Positions 26,694 through 37,368 are shown, counted from the first letter of the stretch. The stretch: DNA of 55,539 nt from Candidatus Falkowbacteria bacterium (GCA_016214755.1 JACRNX010000019.1:1-55539), one strand, 5' to 3'. The notes: generated by a model from the letters alone, not told the origin. Made by a program: numbers and translations.

Positions 26694-27668
26694 ATGACCG
26701 ATAAAATGCTATTTAATAGTTTACTTAATCCCGGCCATTCGTCGTGCGCGGGTTGCGGCGAGATTTTGGCGATGCGCCATGTTTTGGACGCGGCTGGTTC
26801 AAACACCATCATCGTCAACGCCACTGGTTGTTCGGAGGTAACGACCTCGAAGTTTCCGACTAGTTCGTTCAAAGTGCCGTGGATTCACGCGAACTTCGAG
26901 AACGCCTCGGCCGTGGCGGCGGGAGTTTGGGCGGCGCTGAAAACAAAAAGGAAGATCCTTCGAGGCTCGTCTCGATTTACATCGGGACTCGCACCTCAGG
27001 ATGACAAACAAAAACAAGCGCAGGATGACAAGGCGGGCAAAATTAATGTTATGGCGTGGGGCGGAGACGGCGCGTTTTTCGATATTGGCTTTGGTTTGCT
27101 CTCCGGCAGTTGGGAGCGCGGAGAAAACATTTTGCATGTTTGTTTCGACAACGAGGCCTATATGAATACTGGCGTGCAAGCGAGCGGCGCCACGCCTTTC
27201 AGCGCGAACACGACGACAACGCCGCCGGACACGAATTCATTTGGTAATGAATTGATGAAAAAAGACATGATTGCTATCGCGCTCGCGCATCGTTGCGTTT
27301 ACGCCGGGACGGCGACAATCGCTAACGTCGTTGACATTGAAAATAAAGTTAAAAAAGCGCTGACACTCGCCGGCCCTAAGTATTTGCAGATTTTAGTCAC
27401 CTGCGTCCCTGGCTGGTACACGGACGCGAAAGACACGATTAAAATCGCGCGCTTGGCGCAGCAAACCGGTGTTTATCCTGTCGTTGAGTTCGTCAATGGC
27501 GAATTATTGGACGCGGTCAAATGTCCGGTCCCGCGGCCAAAAGTCGAAGAATATCTGAAATTGCAAGGCCGTTATAAGCATTTATTTAAATCAGATAAAG
27601 GGCAAGTGATAATTAAAAAAATCCAATCCATGGCTGATGAGAACATGGAAAAGTATAATTTGCAATAA
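26694..27668 (+). CDS. porB: Pyruvate:ferredoxin oxidoreductase beta subunit, with an in-frame repeat insertion
   Basis: GHSSCAGCG, ATGC, FENA, GGDG...DNEAYMNTG TPP motif. Confidence 0.93.
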   Translation: MTDKMLFNSLLNPGHSSCAGCGEILAMRHVLDAAGSNTIIVNATGCSEVTTSKFPTSSFKVPWIHANFENASAVAAGVWAALKTKRKILRGSSRFTSGLAPQDDKQKQAQDDKAGKINVMAWGGDGAFFDIGFGLLSGSWERGENILHVCFDNEAYMNTGVQASGATPFSANTTTTPPDTNSFGNELMKKDMIAIALAHRCVYAGTATIANVVDIENKVKKALTLAGPKYLQILVTCVPGWYTDAKDTIKIARLAQQTGVYPVVEFVNGELLDAVKCPVPRPKVEEYLKLQGRYKHLFKSDKGQVIIKKIQSMADENMEKYNLQ

Positions 27669-27884
27669 TCAAAAGCATCGTTTATAATATATTTGGAGGA
27701 CGGCAAATTGCGTTTGCTCGTGGAAAAACTTCATCAGCGTCGGATTTTATCCGATGAAGACAAGAAAGAAATCCTTAAATACGAACCGTCTTAATAACCC
27801 CCTTTTTCCCCTTATTTTAAGGGGGAAAGTAAATGGAACCGTTTCCGCAGTTGTATATTTAATTTAATATTTAATTTTAAATTT

Positions 27885-28589
27885 ATGCCAAAATTTTCAT
27901 GGGAGGCATTAAGTAACAAGCAAGAAGACAAGCCGAAAAAAGCAAATTTTAAGTTAAAAGAAAAAGTTGAAAAAAAAGAAGAATCATCGCCAGTGGAAAG
28001 CGCATCCGCGGAATTGCGAAGATTAATAGAGCCGGCGAAAGCGGCAAAGCGTGAGCTTCTTAACAGAATACAGGCGCGCGAAGCGCAGGATAGTGAGACG
28101 ATGCACAAACAAAGATTCGTTGAAATTGAAAAGGCATATGGCGAAGCGGTTGGATTATTGGAGAAATTATTGACAGAGGGCGAGTGGATAGACGCGGATG
28201 AATTGCGCGATGTCGCGTCTCAGATTCGAGGAGAAGCAGAAAATTTTAGGTTTCTTGTAAGAGAAATGAGAGTGCATGATAAAGACGCCGCGGAAGGGGA
28301 AGGATTGCCGCCAAAAATAATTCAAATAAAAAGGGTTCCAGTTGAATATTTAGCGAAATTGGAAAAGATAACTGCGTTGGTAAATATGATTCAACGATTC
28401 ACGGGAGACGAATTAGAGCGGTATGATTTGGAGGAAGTCGCCGCGAGAAGAACCGCTCCAACCGTAAAAACATTTATTGATGGAAGGTATAATTCAGAAA
28501 CAGTTTCTGCCAAAGATAGAGAAAAGATTGATTTAACAATAGACGATGTCAATTTGCGAATAATGAAAGGCGGAGAGATTTTAGGATAA
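27885..28589 (+). CDS. Hypothetical helical/charged protein
   Basis: 234-aa ORF followed by a hairpin at about 28609-28637. Confidence 0.6.
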   Translation: MPKFSWEALSNKQEDKPKKANFKLKEKVEKKEESSPVESASAELRRLIEPAKAAKRELLNRIQAREAQDSETMHKQRFVEIEKAYGEAVGLLEKLLTEGEWIDADELRDVASQIRGEAENFRFLVREMRVHDKDAAEGEGLPPKIIQIKRVPVEYLAKLEKITALVNMIQRFTGDELERYDLEEVAARRTAPTVKTFIDGRYNSETVSAKDREKIDLTIDDVNLRIMKGGEILG

Positions 28590-28851
28590 TTATCAGTAGC
28601 TTATTATAAAGAGGCGGCTGGCTGGCGCGCCTCTTTTGTATTTTTCATTCGCTCTTTACAATGCTTTTTATAAATGATATAATAGACCGCAAATGATGAA
28701 GTTCTAAATTCTAAATTCCAAATCCTAAATAAATTTAAATTTCTAATGATTAAAAGTTCAGAGAGTTCAGAAGATAAAAATTTATGATTTGAGATTTGGA
28801 TTTTGACTTTATTCTGGACTTAGGATTTTGAGTTTGGAATTTTAATTATTT

Positions 28852-31725
28852 ATGTCCGACAAAATTTCCATTCGCGGAGCGAAAGTCAACAATTTGAAAA
28901 ATATCAATGTTGACATTCCGCGGAATAAATTGGTGGTGATAACCGGTTTGTCCGGTTCCGGCAAATCGTCATTGGCGTTCGACACAATTTACGCCGAGGG
29001 ACAGCGCCGTTACGTGGAAAGTCTGTCTTCCTACGCGCGGCAATTTTTGGATGTCAAAGAAAAGCCGGACGTTGACCAGATTATCGGCTTGTCGCCGGCC
29101 GTGGCCATTGACCAGCGCTATAGCCCGCAGAATCCGCGGTCAACCGTGGGCACCATCACGGAGATTTATGATTTGCTTCGTTTGTTATTCAGCCGCGTCG
29201 GCCATCCGCATTGCCCAAATTGCGGCCGCGAGGTTTCGCGTCAAACAGTGGACGAGATTGTTGATAAAATTTGGAAGATTGACCGCGGAGTGAACGTGAC
29301 GATTTTAGCGCCGGTGGTGCGCGAACAAAAAGGAACGCACGTGAAAATTTTTGATGAATTGCGAAAAGCGAATTATTATCAAGTGCGTTTTGACGGAATT
29401 GTTTATAACATCGAGGAAGTTGAACAGTTGGAAGTGAATAAAGAAAAGCGCCACACGATTGAAGTAGTAGTGGACAGGATTTTGCTTGACCGTGAAAAAG
29501 AAACCAAAGCGCAACTGACTGAATCAATTAAAACCGCGGCTGATTTGGGCGACGGATTGGTCGTTATTTTGCGTTCAGACGAGACAAAGGACACGATGTT
29601 TAGCCGATATTACACTTGTCCTAAATGCGATATTGATTTGCCGGAAATTGAACTCCGCAGTTTCTCGTTCAATTCTCCGTTCGGCGCCTGTCCGACGTGC
29701 AGTGGACTTGGCGTCAAGCAGGAAGTTGACCCGGAATTAGTCATCAGCAATCCGCGCTTGACGCTCGCTCAAGGCGCGATCAAGCCGTGGACGAAAATTT
29801 TTTCCAATCAGCCGATGGTTTGGCAGCTGCTGGCGCTGGTGGCGAAGCGACATCGTTTTTCCGTTGACTTGGCGGTGGAAAAATTGAACAAGCGGGCGTT
29901 GAAATGCGTTCTTAGCGGCACCGGCGAAGAAGAATACGAGATCGTCGGCAAGAAAATGACGTTTGAAGGCGTGATTCCTGGATTAGAAAAAAAATATATT
30001 GAAACAGACTCGGATTACATCCGCAAAGAAATTGAAAAGTACATGCGAGCGCATGTTTGTCCATCCTGTCAGGGCAAGAAATTAAAAAAAGAAAGTTTGG
30101 CCGTGACGGTCGCCGGGCTGTCAATCGTGGAGTTTAACGGAGTGCCAGTATTGGATTTAAAAATTTTAATTTCCGAACTGCAAGAAAGCGTTAAATATGA
30201 AGGTAAAAAATTACCGAAAAAAGAATTTAATTATCTAAAAGAGCCATTGAGCAGAATTGAAACGAAAATCGCGAGCGCCGTGATTAAAGAGATTGAAAGG
30301 CGGATCCGCTTTCTGGAAAATGTCGGATTGGGTTATCTAACTCTTGGCCGAAACGCGATTTCGCTTTCCGGCGGCGAAGCGCAGAGAATACGGCTGGCGA
30401 CGCAACTCGGTTCGTCTTTGTCGGAAGTGATTTATGTTTTAGACGAGCCCTCGATCGGTCTTCATCCGGCGGACAATAATAAACTAATTGAAACGCTGAA
30501 AACATTGCGCGACAAAGGAAATTCAGTAATTGTCGTTGAGCACGACGCGGATATGATGCGGGCGGCCGACCATATCATTGACATCGGGCCTGGCGCCGGC
30601 GTTTACGGCGGCGAGATAGTGGCGCAGGGCAATTTGAATGAAATTAAAAGATCGGAAAAATCATTGACCGGCAAATACCTGTCGGGCAGAGAAAAAATTG
30701 AAATTATCAAACGGGAAAAGCGCGGCGGCGACAAATTTTTGGAAATAAAAGGCGCGAAAGCGTTTAATCTAAAAAATATAGACGTCAAAATTCCGCTCGG
30801 CAAGTTAGTGGCGATTACCGGCGTGTCCGGCTCGGGCAAATCAACGTTGATGACCGAGATTTTATCAAAGGCGCTGGCGCGTTATTTTTACCGTTCAAAG
30901 GATTTGCCGGCCGAGCACAAAGCGGTTGTTGGTTTGGAAAATATTGATAAAGTAATTACCATTGACCAATCGCCGATTGGCCGCACCCCGCGTTCCAATC
31001 CGGCAACCTACACTGGCGTTTTTACTTACATTCGCGATTTGTTCACCGAAGTGTCGGAGGCGAAAATCAAAGGATATGACGCCGGCCAATTCAGCTTTAA
31101 CGTGAAAGGCGGCCGGTGCGAGGCCTGCGCTGGCGACGGCTTGATTAAAATTGAAATGCAGTTTTTGCCCGATGTTTACGTCGAGTGCGCGGAATGCAAG
31201 GGCCGGCGGTATGACAAAAAAACATTGGAAATACATTATCGCGGAAAAAATATCGCTGATGTTTTGGACATGACCGTGGCGGAAGCGAAAATTTTTTTCG
31301 GCGACACGCCGATCTTGAATGAAAAATTGACGATTTTGGAAGAAGTGGGTTTAGGTTATTTGCGCTTGGGCCAATCGGCGACAACTCTTTCCGGCGGCGA
31401 GGCGCAAAGAATTAAGCTGGCGACAGAATTGTCGCGTTACGCCACGGGCAAGACCTTGTATATTCTCGACGAGCCGACGACCGGACTGCATTTCGACGAC
31501 ATCAAGCGGCTATTGTTTATTTTGAATCGCTTGGTCGTCAAAGGAAATTCGGTCTTGATTGTCGAGCACAATCTTGATGTGATAAAAAATTGCGATTGGA
31601 TTATTGACCTCGGGCCCGAGGGCGGCGACAAAGGCGGGTATTTGATGGCCGAGGGCGCGCCGGAGCAAATCGTCCGCGTTGAAAAATCCATTACCGGTCA
31701 GTATTTGAAAAAGGCGTTAAGATGA
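28852..31725 (+). CDS. uvrA: Excinuclease ABC subunit A
   Basis: Two Walker A motifs ([16 protein letters not shown]), LSGGEAQRI twice, zinc fingers. Confidence 0.98.
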   Translation: MSDKISIRGAKVNNLKNINVDIPRNKLVVITGLSGSGKSSLAFDTIYAEGQRRYVESLSSYARQFLDVKEKPDVDQIIGLSPAVAIDQRYSPQNPRSTVGTITEIYDLLRLLFSRVGHPHCPNCGREVSRQTVDEIVDKIWKIDRGVNVTILAPVVREQKGTHVKIFDELRKANYYQVRFDGIVYNIEEVEQLEVNKEKRHTIEVVVDRILLDREKETKAQLTESIKTAADLGDGLVVILRSDETKDTMFSRYYTCPKCDIDLPEIELRSFSFNSPFGACPTCSGLGVKQEVDPELVISNPRLTLAQGAIKPWTKIFSNQPMVWQLLALVAKRHRFSVDLAVEKLNKRALKCVLSGTGEEEYEIVGKKMTFEGVIPGLEKKYIETDSDYIRKEIEKYMRAHVCPSCQGKKLKKESLAVTVAGLSIVEFNGVPVLDLKILISELQESVKYEGKKLPKKEFNYLKEPLSRIETKIASAVIKEIERRIRFLENVGLGYLTLGRNAISLSGGEAQRIRLATQLGSSLSEVIYVLDEPSIGLHPADNNKLIETLKTLRDKGNSVIVVEHDADMMRAADHIIDIGPGAGVYGGEIVAQGNLNEIKRSEKSLTGKYLSGREKIEIIKREKRGGDKFLEIKGAKAFNLKNIDVKIPLGKLVAITGVSGSGKSTLMTEILSKALARYFYRSKDLPAEHKAVVGLENIDKVITIDQSPIGRTPRSNPATYTGVFTYIRDLFTEVSEAKIKGYDAGQFSFNVKGGRCEACAGDGLIKIEMQFLPDVYVECAECKGRRYDKKTLEIHYRGKNIADVLDMTVAEAKIFFGDTPILNEKLTILEEVGLGYLRLGQSATTLSGGEAQRIKLATELSRYATGKTLYILDEPTTGLHFDDIKRLLFILNRLVVKGNSVLIVEHNLDVIKNCDWIIDLGPEGGDKGGYLMAEGAPEQIVRVEKSITGQYLKKALR

Positions 31726-31823
31726 ATTTTTAATGCTGGATTGCCAATATATTTAAAGAGAGTAGGGAACAAAAATTTTTGTTCCCTACTCTTGATTATC
31801 TTGTTTATCCTGTTTATCCTATT

Positions 31824-32174
31824 TTATTTTATCTCCCTCATCCGTCTCTGCTGTCCTTTCAAAAATCCGAGCTTCGCCCGCCGGACTTTGAATTTTTTTA
31901 CCACTTCAATGCTTTTAATCGTCGGCAGATAAAGCGGGAATATTTTTTCCACCGCCACGTTGTCGGAAAATTTCTGAACCGTGATGGTGGCGTTAATGCC
32001 TTGGCCGTGTTTGCGGGCCAAAACAATTCCTTCAAATGTCTGTATTCTTTTTTTCTCTTCGCCTTTGGGCGTGGTTTCCGTTATTTCCTGGTTGACGCGC
32101 GCGACAACGCCCGGCCGCACTTCGGGAAACGTGCGGTCGGTTGTTTGTTCGATGATTTTTTTCGCGGAAGTCAT
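31824..32174 (-). CDS. rplS: 50S ribosomal protein L19
   Basis: KRIQTFEGIV, ATITV, VEKIFPL, KVRRAKL. Confidence 0.95.
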   Translation of the reverse strand: MTSAKKIIEQTTDRTFPEVRPGVVARVNQEITETTPKGEEKKRIQTFEGIVLARKHGQGINATITVQKFSDNVAVEKIFPLYLPTIKSIEVVKKFKVRRAKLGFLKGQQRRMREIK

Positions 32175-32212
32175 AAGATAAAAAATTAAGAAAATAAGAA
32201 AGTAAAAAATAA

Positions 32213-32411
32213 GTTAGCAGGTTGTAGTGAGTAGGTTGTAGTGGGTAGGTTGTAGTGAGTAGGTTGTAGAGATTTTTTGACGTAAAAAATAACCCTTTCA
32301 AGACAGCTCGCTTCACAGTTCCAATTTTTGTCGTCTCTATAAAACTACTCACTACCCCCTACCACCTACAAACTGTTTCGTTTTTTCATATATATGTTAA
32401 TCTGTACATCT
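32213..32411. repeat. Heptamer-bounded element, copy 1 (rplS leader)
   Basis: 75-bp core 32270-32344 is 69/75 identical to 39696-39770. Confidence 0.85.
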
Positions 32412-32422
32412 GTACCCTGAAA

Positions 32423-32451
32423 AGTATAGCGGAAAGTTTACGAAAGGTCAA
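32423..32451 (-). promoter_or_regulatory. Probable rplS promoter
   Basis: TTGACC-17-TATACT on the minus strand. Confidence 0.65.
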
Positions 32452-32501
32452 GCGTAAATAAAACAGCTTTGGAATTTGATTCCAAAGCCGTTATTTTCCG
32501 T

Positions 32502-32993
32502 TTAGAACAGATAACTGATATTGACTCCTGGCACGAATGTCCAACCAGGCACGTTCAATCCGCGAAAGAAGCAGAATGACGGCGAGATTGTCCATTGCCC
32601 GAGAAAGATAGAAGCGCCTGGACCGAATCCAAGCAGAAACACCGCCTCGTCCCACTTGTTTCCTTCCTGGTCGTGCGTAAGCGCCAGATTCAAGTCCAGT
32701 CCGATTCTGTCGTTTAGCGGTCTGTCTAAAACGAGATTGGCGACAAACCCCCAGCGATTGAATTCCGGCGACCATTCAACGCTCAAGCCCGGGACCAGCG
32801 TTACTTCTTTCGTCGGAATGACGAGCGAGCCGCCGAGATATGGATAAGCGCCCAAATGTATCTCGTCCGGAATCGCCATTACTTCGATCGCGCCGGCGTT
32901 CACCGCCAAATCCTGCGCGCCTGCTGTTCCTGCCCAAAAAAGTGTCAAAGCGATTACCATTCCTGCCAGCGATTTCCTGCCGATGTTTTTCAC
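32502..32993 (-). CDS. Secreted beta-strand-rich protein, outer-membrane beta-barrel-like
   Basis: GTG start after gaggag; signal ending AGA-Q; amphipathic strands; C-terminus VNISYLF. Confidence 0.7.
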   Translation of the reverse strand: MKNIGRKSLAGMVIALTLFWAGTAGAQDLAVNAGAIEVMAIPDEIHLGAYPYLGGSLVIPTKEVTLVPGLSVEWSPEFNRWGFVANLVLDRPLNDRIGLDLNLALTHDQEGNKWDEAVFLLGFGPGASIFLGQWTISPSFCFFRGLNVPGWTFVPGVNISYLF

Positions 32994-33079
32994 TATGGTC
33001 TCCTCTCCCTTCTGTTTCGAATATATGCGAGGCCCTCCTCGCAAACATTTTTAATAAACTGGCAAGCGCGTTCGAACAT
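32993..33079 (-). CDS. 28-aa upstream peptide (absent from the ORF track)
   Basis: MFERACQFIKNVCEEGLAYIRNRRERRP; strong aaggagg SD; its TAG overlaps the next GTG. Confidence 0.55.
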   Translation of the reverse strand: MFERACQFIKNVCEEGLAYIRNRRERRP

Positions 33080-33214
33080 TGTTTACCTCCTTTTTCAAAG
33101 TACAAAGCCGGATTCAATCAGATATTAAAGCATAGCGGTTTGATTAAAAAAGTCAAGAGGCTGTTATAAATTCAGAAAATCGCCCCGACTTTGCGTCGGG
33201 GCTTTCTTTTTCGT

Positions 33215-33766
33215 TCAGCCGCGGCTGATGATTGTTTTTACTTTTATCACGGTCTCGTCCATTTTTCCTTCTTCATTGATGACTTGAAAATCGCAATTCT
33301 CGGCTTCGGCGAGTTCCTGTTCAACTTTTTGCAAGCGTTTTTCAAAATCCTCGTCGCTCATCGGCCGCGCGCGGATGCGTTTTTTAAGATTCTCCAGCGT
33401 GTCGGGAAAAAGAAAAATAGAAATCGCTTCTGGAATTATTTTTTCGATTGTTCTAACGCCCTGAATGTCAAGCACCATCAGCGCGATTTTTTCATTATCC
33501 CAAATTTGTTTTAATTTTTGACGGCAGTTGCCGTACAAATGGCCATAGACCTCGGCGTGCTCAAAAAAATCGCCAGCATCCAGTTTCGCCTGATATTTTT
33601 CAGCGCTGACAAAGTGGTAATCAACGTCGTTTTTTTCATTCGGCCGCGGCGCGCGCGTGGTGTAGGTTACGAGCCGTTGTAAGTTTGGCATCGCGGCCAG
33701 CAACGCAAGCGCGACAGTCGTCTTACCCACGCCAGACGGACCGGTGAGGAGGATTAGTTTGTTCAT
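33215..33766 (-). CDS. gmk: Guanylate kinase
   Basis: GPSGVGKTT, YTTRAPRPNE, DYHFVS, EHAEVYGHLYG; start set at MNKL. Confidence 0.93.
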   Translation of the reverse strand: MNKLILLTGPSGVGKTTVALALLAAMPNLQRLVTYTTRAPRPNEKNDVDYHFVSAEKYQAKLDAGDFFEHAEVYGHLYGNCRQKLKQIWDNEKIALMVLDIQGVRTIEKIIPEAISIFLFPDTLENLKKRIRARPMSDEDFEKRLQKVEQELAEAENCDFQVINEEGKMDETVIKVKTIISRG

Positions 33767-33768
33767 AG

Positions 33769-33860
33769 GTAGAGAATCTAGAAAGTAGAAAATAGAATCT
33801 AGAATTTTTAAAAGCACCCTCTAACATACTTCTACATTCTACATTCTACTTTCTATTTTC
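33769..33860. repeat. TAGAAAA/TAGAATC inverted heptamer array
   Basis: Includes the RluA-family gene stop codon; same family at 11058-11098 and 46085-46180. Confidence 0.75.
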
Positions 33861-34905
33861 TGGTTGTTAATTTTGAAATAAAGTCAAAAAATTTTTCGGG
33901 CATGGCTGATTCGTATGTCTTTTCGACACCATTGGAATCAATAAAACTTAATTTCGTCGCGTGCAGCAATATCCTTTTAACTTTGGTTTTGAGTTTAAAG
34001 TCGCGCGTCGAATAGAGCGAATCGCCGACAATCGGATGATTGATGGCGAAAAAATGGACGCGGATTTGGTTTGTCCTGCCGGTCAATGGTCGTGCCCGCA
34101 CTAAGGTGTAATTGATAAATCGCCGTTCGACTTCGTATTCTGTTACCGCCGGCTTTCCCTTGCCCGAACCCTTTGGATGGCTGGCCATTTGCCCTTCTCC
34201 GCTCTTCCGGCTGATTTCGAATTCAATCGCGCCGGCGTCACGTTCTAATTCTCCGTGGATAAGCGCGGCGTATTCTTTTTTAACTTGTTTGGTTTGGAAT
34301 TGTTTTTTAAAATAATCGAACGCCGCTTGATTTCGAGCGATGAGCATTACGCCGGAAACATCTCTGTCGAGGCGATGCACAATGCCCGGCCGAAAAGTTA
34401 AATCAGCGCGCGCCAATGATTCGCTGTCAGCGATTTTTTTTATTTCCGGAAATTTTTTCGCTAACCAATCAGCCAGCGTCGGCGCGGTTGAATTTTCAGT
34501 GGCGTGCACTAAAAGTCCGGCTGGTTTTTCTACGATAAGATAGGCGGCCGTTTTCGCGATTATTTTCGGCGTTCGTTCGTCCGATTTGACGAACAATTTA
34601 ATTAGAAAATTAAGAACGCGCGCGAACCAATTTATTTTTTGTTGATTATCCGCGGCGTTTTTCTGTTCCGTAGGGAACGCATATATGCGTTCCCTACTCG
34701 GCGATTGGGCGCTGATTTTTTCAATTTCAACATTATCGCCGATTTTCAAAAAGCGATGCGTTTTCGGCTTTTCCGCGTTGACTGTCACCAATCCGGCTTT
34801 AATCATTTTTTGAATTTGACTGCGCGATTGGCCCATCTGTTCAACTAGAAATTTATCCAGCCGCTGGCCATTATTTTTTTCTTCAACTTTAAAACAGTTT
34901 GTCAT
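33853..34905 (-). CDS. RluA/RluD-family pseudouridine synthase
   Basis: S4 domain RLDKFL; PGIVHRLDRDVSG, TGRTNQIRVH, HPIVGDSLY. Confidence 0.93.
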   Translation of the reverse strand: MTNCFKVEEKNNGQRLDKFLVEQMGQSRSQIQKMIKAGLVTVNAEKPKTHRFLKIGDNVEIEKISAQSPSRERIYAFPTEQKNAADNQQKINWFARVLNFLIKLFVKSDERTPKIIAKTAAYLIVEKPAGLLVHATENSTAPTLADWLAKKFPEIKKIADSESLARADLTFRPGIVHRLDRDVSGVMLIARNQAAFDYFKKQFQTKQVKKEYAALIHGELERDAGAIEFEISRKSGEGQMASHPKGSGKGKPAVTEYEVERRFINYTLVRARPLTGRTNQIRVHFFAINHPIVGDSLYSTRDFKLKTKVKRILLHATKLSFIDSNGVEKTYESAMPEKFFDFISKLTTRK

Positions 34906-35023
34906 ATATTGTATTTTAACAAAATTCAGATAAAATGCAATTTTGTAAAAATCCCATTGACAAAAAGATAGCGCGCCGGTAAGATGAAATCTTTGGAGGG
35001 GTGTCCTCTACAATTAGAAGGAG

Positions 35024-37179
35024 ATGACAATGGCTGAAGAGCGTTTTGTGGAAGTAATGCCTGGCTGTTTGGTCGTTCATACCACTGCTGGCGACGTGAT
35101 GTTCGGTTGCCCGGCCGAGGTGCTGAAAGTTTTCAAAAAGAAAAATTTGGCTGTGCCGAAGCAGATTGTCCTGCCGTCTTATTTCTACAACAACGGCTTG
35201 GTGCAGGCGGCGCTGGAATTTATTCTTTACAACTTTCTGTTCGTTCAGCAAGGATTTTTCCGCGGAGAAAAACTGACAGTTGTCGGCACGGCCGCGCAGG
35301 TTGAACGCATGCGAAAGATTCTGCGGCTGACCTTGCTCGGGCCGACGGAAGAGCAGATGCTGGCTTGGCGGATTGACCGCCGGACAAGGGAGCGCGCGCT
35401 CGCGCTTTCGCGCCATTTTGCTTTGAAGAAAGTCGGCACGCGGGAAGTGGCGGAGATTGATGATTTCATTGAATTCAAAGTTTTTGACGGCGACGCTGAA
35501 GTTAATCTCGCGGGAGTAAAAATCTGTCAAAAAGAATTGAACTTGTTCGCGATTATTGACACGGAAGATGAAATTCCCGTGGACATTAATTTGTTCACCA
35601 TTCAAAAGCCGCCAATTCCGCTCGAGCCGAATGAAGCTCTGCCGCCGCGTCCGATTCTCGGCGCCACGGCGTTAAGCAAGTGCACTAGCGGTTTGACCCG
35701 TCCGGCTATACCACCGGCCTTGTGCTTTGGCTGAATTATATCGGCGTTTCTGTTGACGGCGTGGCTTGGGAAAAAGACCATTTGCGCGCGCTCGGCATCA
35801 ATCCCGAAGAGCTTCGCGCGCATATCATTACCCATGTCCATGACGACCACGCGAATATCTTCGACTTGCTTATCAATGGCAAGCGGCCGGTGATAATCGC
35901 CGACCATTTGGGCTTTGAATGTCTGGTGGAAAAAGCCAGTTTGGTGCTTGATTTGGATCGCGAGTCAGTTAAGAAAATGGTTGAATGGCAAAAAGTGATT
36001 TTTGGCAAACTATTCCATTGGCTGGGCGCGGAATTCGAATTCTGGCCGACCGCTCATCCCATTCCCACGGTCGGATTTCGGGCGACGGTTGGCAATCAGT
36101 CAATCGTCTTTTCCGGCGACACGCTTTGGGGCGAGCGGTTAACGCAGTTGTTCAATGCCGACGTGGTTGACAGCGAACTGTACGACGCGACGATGAGTGC
36201 GCCATATCGCGCTTCGGATTTGACTTTTCACGACGCCGGCGGCGGACTGATTCATCCTGAATTAGCGGAACTCGCTGGTTTGCCGGAGCAGGCGCGCCGG
36301 CATATCGTGCCCACGCATCTGGCGTCAATTCCGCCGGAATTCAGCGATAAATTCGAAGTGATTCGGCCCGGCCAAACATGGATTATCCAAGGAGACCGGA
36401 AGCAAAGCGTGAGCGATATGCTTGTTCTGTCCAATTCGCCAATCGTTCACTGGGTGGATGAAGAATGGCGCAAGGTGCTTTTGGCGCAGGGACGGGTAAG
36501 GGAGCATGTTTCAGGCGCGACAATTTTGAATTTCGGGCAGACAAACAAGGACTTCTTTATTATCCTCGGCGGTACGGTTAAAGTAATGGACGCCAATCAA
36601 GAGGAATTGGCGCGGCTTTCCACCGGCGATTTCTTCGGCGAGATTTCCATTATGTACAACGTGCCGGTCACGGCCACGGTTAAGGCGGCGTCGGCGGTCA
36701 GGTTGTTCGCGCTTGATGGCGTCATTTTCAAGCAGATGATTGGTTGCGACGGCGTGGCGCGCCGGTTGCGCAAGATTCACGCAGTGCGTCCGATTCTGAT
36801 GCATTTCGGCATCATGCAAAGTTTGACGCCCAGCCGGCTGAACGAGCTCGCGCAAATCGTGGAACTTGACCGGATATACAACGCTGGTGAATTCATCATC
36901 AAGGAGGGAGCGCCGGCGGATAAATTTTTCGGCATCATCCGCGGCCGGGCGCGCGTGCAGGTGCAGGGCCGGCCGGTCGCCACTTTGTACGAGAACCAAG
37001 TGTTCGGCGAAGTGGCGCTGATCAAGAACACGGCGCGCACCGCCGACGTAATCGCGGAAACGCCAGTCGAGGTGTTTTCCGTTTCCAAGCGCCACTTCGA
37101 GCGCTTCGTCGGCCAAGTGCCGATGTTGTACTATTATTTGGGCGTGCTGGCTGAAAGCCGCCAGCCGCGAAAGCGTTAG
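35024..37179 (+). CDS. Metallo-beta-lactamase fold + two cNMP-binding domains (cyclic nucleotide phosphodiesterase-like), split by a 1-nt frameshift
   Basis: THVHDDH, HPIPT, SGDT, GDFFGEISI, FGEVALI...RTA; adding one T at 35692-35694 fuses the ORFs as SGFDPSGYTTGLVLWLN; TTGACA-17-TAAGAT upstream. Confidence 0.8.
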
Positions 37180-37368
37180 GTCATCTAAAATGATGTTTTG
37201 AAAAAAAGTAAAGCCCGAGCAACAATGTTTGCCAGGGCTTTTTATTTTACCAACATAACCTTTTTTGAATTTTTAATTTCGAATTTTGAATAAATTTTTA
37301 ATGATGTAATTTCAAAATTCAGAAATTCGAGTTTGATTCGAAATTCAAAATTGGAAATTCAGAATTTA

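Noticed and set aside
27693-27794. Short frame LEDGKLRLLVEKLHQRRILSDEDKKEILKYEPS after porB
   Set aside because: No convincing start or SD; possibly a gene remnant but unidentifiable
35692-35694. Programmed ribosomal frameshift in the MBL/cNMP gene
   Set aside because: No slippery heptamer; several other 1-nt indels in the window point to assembly error or mutation
34916-37116. Long antisense ORFs (34916..35605, 36511..37116 and similar ones opposite uvrA, scpA and the ParB-like gene)
   Set aside because: Shadow frames of well-supported genes on the other strand
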